Positions 1 through 8,607 of a stretch of DNA of 64,000 nucleotides are shown here, piece after piece (within the stretch, counting starts at the first letter, position 1; every line of letters begins with the position of its first letter). Origin of the DNA: Candidatus Enterousia sp. (GTDB lineage: Bacteria > Pseudomonadota > Alphaproteobacteria > Rs-D84); contig JAZOTB010000025.1 in NCBI GenBank assembly GCA_045657405.1, positions 6,943 through 70,942 on the forward strand, read 5' to 3'. The translations under genes were made by a program, and so were the position numbers. Under the pieces are notes generated by a model. It had not been told where the DNA came from. It ran no database searches and worked only from the letters and a program-made list of their open reading frames with translations.

Positions 1-1295
1 AATAAAATTCTGCCGTTTTCCAAAACATTTGGCAACAATTGCATCGTGAAACCTGTTTCCAAATCATCTTGATCAACAGTGCTTGATTCAACAGTTGTAA
101 AGTTTCTTGATTCAAAACGTTTTATATATCCAGTACTACGTGTATTGCTGACCGGTGCAACACGATTACTGCGTGTTGTAACACCAACGTTTGTAACCAA
201 TGATACCTTGCCCTGCTTTGCCAACGCTTCTACCAAGGCATTAGAACCCGCAACTCCAGCCAAAGAACCGTTCATAATTTGATTTTGATCATACGCACCA
301 GGAACACTCACCCCGCCTTCTGTATGTGTTGCACCTGTCAATGCAGATACTGTATTTGACAATACCGCAATATTCATTGAACTAGCCTCAGTAGATGCCA
401 AATTATTCTTTGGATTTGCAACAATATTCAGTCCGGATGTAGAATTAATTGCCGCAGCCAAATTCAACCCAAATGCCGAATCGTTTGATATTGTAACTTG
501 CAGTACTTTTACATCAATTGTAATTAATTGTGATAAACGTTTATTCTGACGTTCTATGTATTCACCAATACGTGCCAAAACAGATGGTGATGCAGTTACA
601 GTAATTGTACCCAAACTGCGTGAAACAGTGAAGTCTGCATTATCGCTTTTTCCAATAATAGATGATATTGCACTCTCAACTTCGTCCCATTCTTTTAATG
701 TAGATTCCAAAGACACTTCATTTGAATCGTCTGTTGATACCGCTGTTTGATATGCAACTTCGGTTCCCAGCGCATACAATGTAAATGTTTTTGTTTCTGT
801 TTCATAGAATACAATTGAACTTTTATCATAATACCATAACAAATCTAAATCTGTCGCAACCTGAGATAACAATCCAGACAATTTTCCAGTATATGCAACA
901 CTTACTTGCTTTTTCAATTTATCTGCAGAAATTTGTCCATCTATCTTGACAGGAATACCTGTAACAGAATAAATATCGTTCGCCAAAACCTGCAAAGAAA
1001 CAGGTTCATTTAATAAAATTGTAACACCTGTATCTGTTTCAAATTTAGAAGGCAAATTATTACGATGTTCCAGAACAACCGACTTGTTCCCCAACCAAAC
1101 CCCTTCGGACATAGATACAGTATCACCACTTGCAACTTTGGCACGTGGATTTTTTGCCATTTCAAATGCATCATATGCATTTATAAAATCTTGGTCAACA
1201 GATGCCGCCACCTTGGCAGATTCTTTCTTGGCACACCCAGACAAACCCGCCAAAACCAAAGTTAAAACAACAAACAATTTCATTGGTCTTATCAT
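1..1295 (-). CDS. Secretin-family lipoprotein (type IVb pilus / T2SS-like outer-membrane secretin), partial; 3' end lies outside the window
   Basis: Minus-strand ORF starting at ATG 1295 (GGAG about 11 nt upstream) and open to position 1. N-terminus MIRPMKLFVVLTLVLAGLSGCAKKE is a lipoprotein signal with lipobox LSGC. Further in, ...IERQNKRLSQLITIDVKVLQVTISNDSAFGLNLAAA... matches the start of the conserved secretin domain (the rrQVlIEakIvEv..lGi motif of GspD/PilQ/BfpB/TcpC). This stretch is not in the supplied ORF track because it runs off the edge. Confidence 0.5.
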   Translation of the reverse strand, partial: MIRPMKLFVVLTLVLAGLSGCAKKESAKVAASVDQDFINAYDAFEMAKNPRAKVASGDTVSMSEGVWLGNKSVVLEHRNNLPSKFETDTGVTILLNEPVSLQVLANDIYSVTGIPVKIDGQISADKLKKQVSVAYTGKLSGLLSQVATDLDLLWYYDKSSIVFYETETKTFTLYALGTEVAYQTAVSTDDSNEVSLESTLKEWDEVESAISSIIGKSDNADFTVSRSLGTITVTASPSVLARIGEYIERQNKRLSQLITIDVKVLQVTISNDSAFGLNLAAAINSTSGLNIVANPKNNLASTEASSMNIAVLSNTVSALTGATHTEGGVSVPGAYDQNQIMNGSLAGVAGSNALVEALAKQGKVSLVTNVGVTTRSNRVAPVSNTRSTGYIKRFESRNFTTVESSTVDQDDLETGFTMQLLPNVLENGRIL

Positions 1296-1331
1296 TTTTT
1301 ATTTCTCCTACGACATCTGATATTTATTAAA

Positions 1332-2252
1332 TTATTCTTCGGCTGTTGATATTACCAACACTCTATTTCCCTTATAGAACTTTGCATATGGCACAGGTGT
1401 CGCACGACCAAAATTTCGTACCAACGCAGATGCGACATCAACAAAGCGACCTTTGAATACAGCACTTGCTTCTATTGGATATTCACGCGATGTTGTCCAT
1501 ACCAAATCCCAACCTTCTTTGTTACACCAGTTCTGCAAAACTTCACGCAAAGTTTGTCCATTTGCGACAACCCATGAACGAACTTGATCTGTAACCGTAA
1601 CAGGCGCCTGCGCATCTGCAGATTCAGCAACCTTGACATCAACAACAGTTTCTGATTCAAGCGTTTCTATTTCTGTTTCTTCTTCTGTAACAGTAACATC
1701 ATTTGTTGTATTTTCTACTTTCATACCCATTTTGACAGCAAACGCTTCGTATCCATCTGCATATTTACCACAATTTTTACGACCGCTGCGTGACACAGTC
1801 AAAACGTTACCACCATCATCTTCTAAAACTTCACGATGCAACAAAGGCATTTCCGACATAGTATTACACTCGTCATCAAAACCAACAGGGATCTGTGTAC
1901 CATGCAACATATTTGCACCACCAGACCATCCATCACCACGTACACCTAAATTAAAATTATTTTCAACAACCAAATCAGCGCCAATCTTTGACACGATACG
2001 GATATTATCACTCTGCTTTTTCTTGGAACAAACACCCATTTCACAAGAAACTTCTACATCAGCTTCAGACCCAGCCAATGGCCATGCTGGCACCTCTCTG
2101 TACGTTTCTACCTGTTCCCACTGCCCTTCGTCAACAAACTTTTCTTGTTCATAAAAAACTTCTGATGTAACAATCTGAGGTAAATTTTCAGCAGCAAAAC
2201 AGTAACCCGCAGCCGTTGCAAACATCGCATAAATCAATATTTTACGAAACAT
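1332..2252 (-). CDS. Secreted pilus-biogenesis accessory protein, TcpQ/PilL-like C-terminal domain (tentative)
   Basis: 306 aa with N-terminal signal peptide (MFRKILIYAMFATAAGYCFA). C-terminal block GQTLREVLQNWCNKEGWDLVWTTSREYPIEASAVFKGRFVDVASALV resembles the TcpQ C-terminal domain found beside secretins of type IVb pili. It sits immediately upstream (same strand) of the lipoprotein secretin. Confidence 0.4.
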   Translation of the reverse strand: MFRKILIYAMFATAAGYCFAAENLPQIVTSEVFYEQEKFVDEGQWEQVETYREVPAWPLAGSEADVEVSCEMGVCSKKKQSDNIRIVSKIGADLVVENNFNLGVRGDGWSGGANMLHGTQIPVGFDDECNTMSEMPLLHREVLEDDGGNVLTVSRSGRKNCGKYADGYEAFAVKMGMKVENTTNDVTVTEEETEIETLESETVVDVKVAESADAQAPVTVTDQVRSWVVANGQTLREVLQNWCNKEGWDLVWTTSREYPIEASAVFKGRFVDVASALVRNFGRATPVPYAKFYKGNRVLVISTAEE

Positions 2253-2437
2253 ATTAAGACTTCCTTTCCCTAATATAATTACTTATTTAAGTATTATTAT
2301 AACAATTTGACCGAATCTGTGCAAGACTTAAAAAACACTTAACAAACAAAAAATTATCCAAGATAAATTCATACGAATCGCAAAAAAGTATGTTATACTG
2401 ACAACGACTAAAAAACAAAAATACAAGGATTACAATC

Positions 2438-2983
2438 ATGCAAAATATAATTTTTTACACTATATCTGGCATTACATTAGTGGCAATCATGGCAATTGCA
2501 GTATATTTACACAAAATAAACACACATATAACATCTGTCACAAAAACGCTAGAACACCAATACAATCTGATTGTAAAAATACAATCCACATTAAAAAACA
2601 AATATGCCACAAACGCAATTGCAGAAAACGCAGAAATGATATATCAAGACTTGTTACAGACACTTATTCCAATTATGGCAGCCATTGACATTATGCCACG
2701 CAACACATCAGAACATCCATTATGGCGCGCACTTGGCGGTATAATGGACGAATATGCAAAAAATCCATTTACACTTGAAAAATTACGTCGCTGTATAAAA
2801 CTTGATTCCGAAGTTGCACGTAACATTGATAACTTTTTACAGCGCGCAGATAAATTCTTACACCATTTAACAACCACAGAACCAGACGGTATTTTATCTG
2901 CCACATTTACAGACGGTTTACTGGGACAATCATTAACATTTTTCACACAGGCCAAACATTTGGCAACACAAACTAACGGATAA
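2438..2983 (+). CDS. Hypothetical membrane-anchored protein (one N-terminal TM helix)
   Basis: 181-aa ORF. Its TAA stop directly abuts the sufB ATG (taaATG), so it is probably co-transcribed with sufBC. No recognisable domain. Confidence 0.45.
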   Translation: MQNIIFYTISGITLVAIMAIAVYLHKINTHITSVTKTLEHQYNLIVKIQSTLKNKYATNAIAENAEMIYQDLLQTLIPIMAAIDIMPRNTSEHPLWRALGGIMDEYAKNPFTLEKLRRCIKLDSEVARNIDNFLQRADKFLHHLTTTEPDGILSATFTDGLLGQSLTFFTQAKHLATQTNG

Positions 2984-4312
2984 ATGACAAAAATATCAGA
3001 AGATCTTATTCGTGAAATTTCTGCCAAACGGAACGAGCCTGATTGGCTGTTGCAATGGCGACTAGATGCATACAATATTTGGAAAAACATGTCTGAACCA
3101 CATTGGGCAGAAATTGATTATGCACCAATTGATTATAACAAACTGAATTATTATAACGAACCCGCGCCAATTGATAATACAGACATGGGTAAAATTTATG
3201 ACAAAATGGGATTGCCAGAAAACGAAAAAAAAGCCTTAATGGGCATGGCAACAGACACAGTTATTGACAGTCGTTCAGTACATACTTCTTACACATCAGA
3301 ACTAGAAAAACTGGGTATTATATTTTTACCATTTTCAGATGCTGTAAACAAACACCCAGAACTTGTAAAAAAATATCTTGGCTCGGTCGTACCACAATCT
3401 GATAACTTTTTTGCTGCATTAAATGCCGCTGTATTTTCTGATGGCACATTTGTATACATACCAAAAAACACAAAATGTCCAATAGATTTAGCAAGTTTCT
3501 TTAGAATTGAAACAGCAAAAATCGGACAATTTGAACGAACCTTGATTATTGCAGACACAGGTTCTGAATTAACATATATGGAAGGATGCAGCGCACCACG
3601 CAGAACAAAACATCAATTACACAGTGGTGTGGTTGAAATTATTGTAAACAAAAATGCAATTGTAAAATATGCAACGGTGCAAAACTGGTTCACCGGAACA
3701 TTTAACGGCAAACAAAACACAGGTGGAATATTAAACTTTGTAACAAAACGTGGTCGCTGCGACGAAAACGCAAAATTATTATGGACACAAGTAGAAGTTG
3801 GATCTGCCCTAACATGGAAATACCCATCTACAATTTTACTTGGAAACAATGCGTATAGCGACTTTTATTCACTATCTTTGACACGCGGTGCACAAATGGC
3901 AGACACAGGTACAAAAATGATACATATTGGCAACAACACAACATCAAATATCGTATCATACGGCGTTGCATCAGACATATCAAAACAAACTTTTCGCAGC
4001 TTGGTATCTTTTTCAGGCAACAATTGTAAAAACGCTTCAAAATGTGATAGCAAATTAGTTGATGATACAGCAGTTGCAAATACATTACCGCGTATTATCA
4101 ACAACGGAACAAACAACCAAATATCACACGAAGCAACAACTGGTTCAATTGATATAAACACATTAACATATCTAAACATGGCTGGCATTGAAACAGACAC
4201 TGCAATCGCGCTAATAATCGGTGCATCTGCAACACCTGTTTTATCAAGACTACCTATGGAATTTTTAGTTGAATCAAAACAATTAATACAAATGGCATTA
4301 TCAAAGGATTAA
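2984..4312 (+). CDS. sufB: Fe-S cluster assembly protein SufB
   Basis: 442 aa. N-terminus MTKISEDLIREISAKRNEPDWLLQWRLDAYNIWKNM... and C-terminus ...SRLPMEFLVESKQLIQMAL are typical of SufB. Followed 3 nt later by sufC. Confidence 0.85.
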   Translation: MTKISEDLIREISAKRNEPDWLLQWRLDAYNIWKNMSEPHWAEIDYAPIDYNKLNYYNEPAPIDNTDMGKIYDKMGLPENEKKALMGMATDTVIDSRSVHTSYTSELEKLGIIFLPFSDAVNKHPELVKKYLGSVVPQSDNFFAALNAAVFSDGTFVYIPKNTKCPIDLASFFRIETAKIGQFERTLIIADTGSELTYMEGCSAPRRTKHQLHSGVVEIIVNKNAIVKYATVQNWFTGTFNGKQNTGGILNFVTKRGRCDENAKLLWTQVEVGSALTWKYPSTILLGNNAYSDFYSLSLTRGAQMADTGTKMIHIGNNTTSNIVSYGVASDISKQTFRSLVSFSGNNCKNASKCDSKLVDDTAVANTLPRIINNGTNNQISHEATTGSIDINTLTYLNMAGIETDTAIALIIGASATPVLSRLPMEFLVESKQLIQMALSKD

Positions 4313-4314
4313 AA

Positions 4315-4992
4315 ATGCTAAAGATAAAGAACTTAACAATATCGTTACCAGAACGTGATTTATTAACAGATATATCTTTTGAAATAAAATCAGGTTCACG
4401 CGTTTTATTATCAGGACAAAACGGATGCGGCAAATCAAGTCTTGTTAATGCAATTGCAGGAAATCCAACGTATATAATAAAAAACGGAAATATAATATTT
4501 AACGACCAAGACATAACAAATGAAAACGCAACAACACGCGCATTACATGGCATATTCCTAGGTTCTCAACACGTACCAGAAATACCTGGATTAACACTTT
4601 TAAGTTTTCTTAAACATTCTTGCAGTGCACACAAACACTTTCAAACAGGTCAAGATTTATCAATGGCAGAATTTTTAGAAAACCTAGAACAAATACGCAC
4701 AGAATTAAACGTTCCACGCGAATGGTTAAACCGCAGTATAAACGTTGGATTCTCTGGCGGTGAAAGAAAAAAAATAATGTTATTACAACTATTGATGACA
4801 AAACCAAAACTGGCAATTTTAGACGAGCCTGATTCTGGCGCAGACAAACAAACACTAAAACTAATATCAGATACAATACACAAAATGACAGACACAACAT
4901 TTCTGTTTATCAGTCATCAAAACACATTTACCAACATGGTAAACCCAACAAATACTATCACTTTATCAGAAGGAAAAATTATGATAAAATAA
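4315..4992 (+). CDS. sufC: Fe-S cluster assembly ATPase SufC
   Basis: 225 aa. Walker A GQNGCGKSS, ABC signature FSGGERKK, Walker B LAILDEPDSG. Position after sufB. Confidence 0.9.
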   Translation: MLKIKNLTISLPERDLLTDISFEIKSGSRVLLSGQNGCGKSSLVNAIAGNPTYIIKNGNIIFNDQDITNENATTRALHGIFLGSQHVPEIPGLTLLSFLKHSCSAHKHFQTGQDLSMAEFLENLEQIRTELNVPREWLNRSINVGFSGGERKKIMLLQLLMTKPKLAILDEPDSGADKQTLKLISDTIHKMTDTTFLFISHQNTFTNMVNPTNTITLSEGKIMIK

Positions 4993-5021
4993 ATACACAA
5001 CTCTAAGCACAAGGAAGGAAC

Positions 5022-5936
5022 ATGACAAAAACATCAAAATTATCAACATGGCTGTTATGGGGACCATTAAAATTTAGTCTTATATCTTTGACTTTAATGA
5101 TACTAATTATGGTTGCATATTCTTTAATTGCCGGCATTTTTTCCCAAGACACACAACCAATACATCATACACCAATATTTGCATCATTAATTATCGGTTT
5201 TGTTATCAGTATATATATTTTAGCAAGAAAATTACCTAAAATAAAAATGGACCGTACATCTTTTATATCAATACATAATGCACAAACAATATTATCATTT
5301 TTTCTATTTTCGTTTTCTACATACTTGTTACTATCCTACCAACAAGAAATTATGTTCAAATTAATAGAACTTGATTCAAAATATTCTGGCAGTTTATTAT
5401 TTATCTTAATACTGCTGTCATTATATTTACTATACATGACTGGTTTATATATAACAAATCTATACGCTAAAATCCTGCGCATACAGCAATTTCAAATACC
5501 ATTATGGAAAATTATTTTAAGTATTCCTTTTGGATTTTCCGCCCTGTGGATACCTGGATATTTACTTTCAACAAAACCCGAAAAAAACATATCATTACCA
5601 ATAAAAACCAAATGGTATTCTAAATTAATAAAATGGACAATATCAGACAATATAAACACGATATCCATGTTTGTTTTTATAACTGCTCTTTCTGGATTCT
5701 TTATTGGTTTCGCACCTATGTTGTTAACATTTACATTCACACTGATATTTGGTATATGGACATTAAAAATCGGAAGCAAAAAATTTGAATATAAAATAAA
5801 AAACAAATATTCAACAGTTGCAGTAATTATAAACATAATATTCATTACAATATTTGCTATGATATACACAACATCAAAACCATCAAATATACAGATTAAT
5901 ATTACAGACACACAAATCACAACCCAAGGACAATAA
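5022..5936 (+). CDS. Hypothetical polytopic inner-membrane protein
   Basis: 304 aa, multiple hydrophobic helices. ATG preceded by AAGGAAGGAA. No recognisable family. Confidence 0.5.
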   Translation: MTKTSKLSTWLLWGPLKFSLISLTLMILIMVAYSLIAGIFSQDTQPIHHTPIFASLIIGFVISIYILARKLPKIKMDRTSFISIHNAQTILSFFLFSFSTYLLLSYQQEIMFKLIELDSKYSGSLLFILILLSLYLLYMTGLYITNLYAKILRIQQFQIPLWKIILSIPFGFSALWIPGYLLSTKPEKNISLPIKTKWYSKLIKWTISDNINTISMFVFITALSGFFIGFAPMLLTFTFTLIFGIWTLKIGSKKFEYKIKNKYSTVAVIINIIFITIFAMIYTTSKPSNIQINITDTQITTQGQ

Positions 5937-5938
5937 CA

Positions 5939-6982
5939 ATGAACGGAATTATTGTATTCGCAGGTCTTATATTATTTTTATGGCTAGGACGTTCAATATT
6001 AATTCCATTATTAATTGCCGCTTTTTTGTGGTACTTAATGAATGCAATTTCTGATTATTTTCGCAAGGTTTTACCAATCAAAGAACCAAACACAAAATCA
6101 GAAAAAATATACTGGCATATATTCAATTGGATTGCAAACATCGCAAGTCTTGCAACTATATGTTTTGTAATATATTTGTTTATTACGCAAATCAAACCTA
6201 TGTTTTCAGAATTAGTATCTATATTACCGACACTACAAGATAAATTAACACAATTTGGTGCATATTTATCTAGCGCAATCGGATTCAAATTTGATGCAAA
6301 CATGATACCAAACATTACCAAGATTGCTGCAAATATTGGCGCATCTATTGCATCTGCCGCAACTTCAATGGGAATGGTTCTTGTATATATGTTATTCATG
6401 TTTATTGAACAAAGCACCTTTAATCAAAAATTCTCAGCACTATTTGACAGCAAACACCAATATAAAAAATCACGCTATATTCTGGACAGCATTGATTACA
6501 ATATGAAAAAATATTTATTTGTTAAAACAACAATATCTGCAATAACTGGCATTTTATCATTTATATGGTTGCAAATGATTGACGTTGAATTCGCTGGCGT
6601 ATGGGCGTTTATAGTATTCGTAACAAGCTATATCCCAACAATTGGTGCAATTATCGCATGCACATTACCTATATTGTATTCATTGGTTATGGCACCAACA
6701 TTGCAACAGCCTATATTAACTGCTGTTGGTCTAATCGCATTACAAATTATCTTTGGAAATTTACTAGAACCAAAATTAACAGGAAAAACATTAAATATAT
6801 CAACACTAGCAATATTGATAAACTTGGTATTCTGGGGCATGATATGGGGTGTTGCGGGGATGTTTTTCAGTGTTCCATTATTGGTTGCAATTTATATTAT
6901 TTGCGCACAATTTGATTCAACTAGATGGGTTGCAGTACTACTATCCGCAGATGGAAGAATCCCAGATAAAAATGAAGATTAA
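5939..6982 (+). CDS. AI-2E family transporter (PerM/YhhT-like permease)
   Basis: 347 aa, about 8 TM helices. Central region ...VTSYIPTIGAIIACTLPILYSLV... is typical of the AI-2E/UPF0118 family. Ends at a terminator. Confidence 0.7.
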   Translation: MNGIIVFAGLILFLWLGRSILIPLLIAAFLWYLMNAISDYFRKVLPIKEPNTKSEKIYWHIFNWIANIASLATICFVIYLFITQIKPMFSELVSILPTLQDKLTQFGAYLSSAIGFKFDANMIPNITKIAANIGASIASAATSMGMVLVYMLFMFIEQSTFNQKFSALFDSKHQYKKSRYILDSIDYNMKKYLFVKTTISAITGILSFIWLQMIDVEFAGVWAFIVFVTSYIPTIGAIIACTLPILYSLVMAPTLQQPILTAVGLIALQIIFGNLLEPKLTGKTLNISTLAILINLVFWGMIWGVAGMFFSVPLLVAIYIICAQFDSTRWVAVLLSADGRIPDKNED

Positions 6983-7008
6983 AAAACGGGCTTTATGCCC
7001 GTTTTATT
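6983..7008. terminator. Bidirectional Rho-independent terminator (after AI-2E gene and ruvX)
   Basis: AAAAAACGGGCtttatGCCCGTTTT: GC stem flanked by an A-run and a T-run. The ruvX stop codon lies in the loop. Confidence 0.5.
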
Positions 7009-7442
7009 ATCGCAATTGCATTTTCTAAAATCACACGCGCAGATTCAGAATCTAAATTTCGTTTAATATCGCGCACCCTGACCCGCCCCATTGATTCCTG
7101 GGCAGCAACAGATGTTAAATTTTCTTCTATCATACAGATTGGTAAATCTATCTTGGTAGCTAATCCATTTACAAAATCACGCACCATTTTTGTTGTTTCT
7201 GATTCCGAACCATCATTTCTAACAGGCAATCCGACAACAATACCAACAACCCCCTCTTCCTTAGCAATTTGTGCGATAATATCGGCATGATTACTGTCCC
7301 CACGAGGCACAGAAACCACGGGTCTAGCAAAAATAAATTCACCAGATGGGTCTGATACAGCAACACCAATTCTGACCAACCCCCAATCAACCCCCAAAAA
7401 ACGCCCTTTGCGTGGAAAAGCCTTGAAATCTGCCAAAATCAT
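6993..7442 (-). CDS. ruvX: Putative pre-16S rRNA nuclease / Holliday-junction resolvase-like RuvX (YqgF)
   Basis: 149 aa. MILADFKAFPRKGRFLGVDWGLVRIGVAVSD... is the YqgF N-terminal catalytic motif. Confidence 0.8.
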   Translation of the reverse strand: MILADFKAFPRKGRFLGVDWGLVRIGVAVSDPSGEFIFARPVVSVPRGDSNHADIIAQIAKEEGVVGIVVGLPVRNDGSESETTKMVRDFVNGLATKIDLPICMIEENLTSVAAQESMGRVRVRDIKRNLDSESARVILENAIAIIKRA

Positions 7443-7479
7443 TGTATAATCCCTTTACTCTACAAATATAGGATTGAAA

Positions 7480-7776
7480 ATGGCATTTAGCAAGCAACAA
7501 TTACAAAAATTCGCAGATTTAATCAAAATTGAAATATCTGATGAAAAACTGGCTGAAATGAATATTGATTCAGTCGTTGAATGGTTAGATAAATTACAAA
7601 AAATTGACACAACTGGTGTTAAACCTTTGTTAAACCCATCTGAACACAAATTACCACAACGCCCAGACGTTGTAACCGATGGAAATATTCGTGATTTGGT
7701 TTTGGCAAACACACCTGATAATTCTGGCACATCACGCGGTTATTTTGCTGTACCAAAAGTAATGGATGGGGAATAA
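7480..7776 (+). CDS. gatC: Asp-tRNA(Asn)/Glu-tRNA(Gln) amidotransferase subunit C
   Basis: MAFSKQQLQKFADLIKIEISDEKLAEMNIDSVVEWLDKLQKIDTTGVKPL... is GatC-like. The ORF track starts at a TTG (7474); the first ATG is 7480. Confidence 0.8.
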   Translation: MAFSKQQLQKFADLIKIEISDEKLAEMNIDSVVEWLDKLQKIDTTGVKPLLNPSEHKLPQRPDVVTDGNIRDLVLANTPDNSGTSRGYFAVPKVMDGE

Positions 7777-7779
7777 GAA

Positions 7780-8178
7780 ATGAAAGATACAAAAATAAAA
7801 ATTACTATTCCATACTTGACTAATTTAAAACTGGAAATACCTGCAAATGATGTGGTTGAATTATTAGGATTGTTAAAAAACACTGACATTAAATTAGCAA
7901 CATGTGTTGCACCATGCTTTAATGTTAATATGCAAACAAGCATTTTAAATGTTCCAAAATCCCCCAGTGTACACAGCGAATTAATACTTAGTGGTATGGC
8001 ACATATTGATAAAATAAAATGTGACCCCCGCATTAGTGTTTTTAATAAATCAAGTTATGAAAAAGCACAAGCCTGCTTTGATAATTTAAAAAATGGAAAA
8101 TGCAAGGATGAATTCGTTCGCAGAACTGTTGGCAGTGTATTATTTCCACAACATTATGCAAACGAAAAACAGAAATAA
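7780..8178 (+). CDS. Small hypothetical protein, paralog 1 of a tandem pair (conserved Cys-containing C-terminal domain)
   Basis: 132 aa. C-terminus ...AQACFDNLKNGKCKDEFVRRTVGSVLFPQHYANEKQK is shared with the next ORF. Starts 4 nt after the gatC stop. Confidence 0.55.
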   Translation: MKDTKIKITIPYLTNLKLEIPANDVVELLGLLKNTDIKLATCVAPCFNVNMQTSILNVPKSPSVHSELILSGMAHIDKIKCDPRISVFNKSSYEKAQACFDNLKNGKCKDEFVRRTVGSVLFPQHYANEKQK

Positions 8179-8190
8179 ACGGAAATTAAA

Positions 8191-8607
8191 ATGCAAAAAA
8201 AACCAAACAATATTCCTGTTAGATTTTTAGTGTATGAACTATACAATAATTTTCCACAAACAATCAAACTTGGCAATATTACACAAACCCAGGCGCTTGA
8301 ATTAATTGAAAAATTCAGAAACAACCTTCCTATAAAGACAGCATGTCTTAAATCATTAACGGCAACTTACACAGACACCGTAAATTTTGAATCATCTAAA
8401 ACCTATGGTAAAGAACATGGTTTTCTAAATATATCTGGCATGTTCTTTCCTGACTACAAACCACAATGCGCAAAATGTAAAAACGAAGATTTAGCAAAAG
8501 CAAAATGCTGTGCACGCAATTTACGTGCTGGCAATTGCAAAGACGAATTTATAAAAAACACACTGGGCACAATATTGTTCCCACAACACTATGGAAAACA
8601 AAAATGA
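8191..8607 (+). CDS. Small hypothetical protein, paralog 2 of the tandem pair
   Basis: 138 aa. C-terminus ...AKCCARNLRAGNCKDEFIKNTLGTILFPQHYGKQK is homologous to the preceding ORF. Its TGA overlaps the gatA ATG (ATGA). Confidence 0.55.
   Translation: MQKKPNNIPVRFLVYELYNNFPQTIKLGNITQTQALELIEKFRNNLPIKTACLKSLTATYTDTVNFESSKTYGKEHGFLNISGMFFPDYKPQCAKCKNEDLAKAKCCARNLRAGNCKDEFIKNTLGTILFPQHYGKQK

Noticed and set aside
1633-2154. 173-aa plus-strand ORF (Ser/Thr-rich)
   Set aside because: It lies wholly inside the minus-strand TcpQ-like gene. The S/T-rich composition is an artefact of reading the antisense strand.
7474-7479. ORF-track start codons at 7474 (gatC), 8505 (gatA) and 39429 (lnt fragment)
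   Set aside because: These are non-ATG (TTG-type) starts chosen by the ORF caller. Homology-consistent ATG starts (7480, 8604) were used instead. The lnt-fragment TTG is mentioned only as a possibility.
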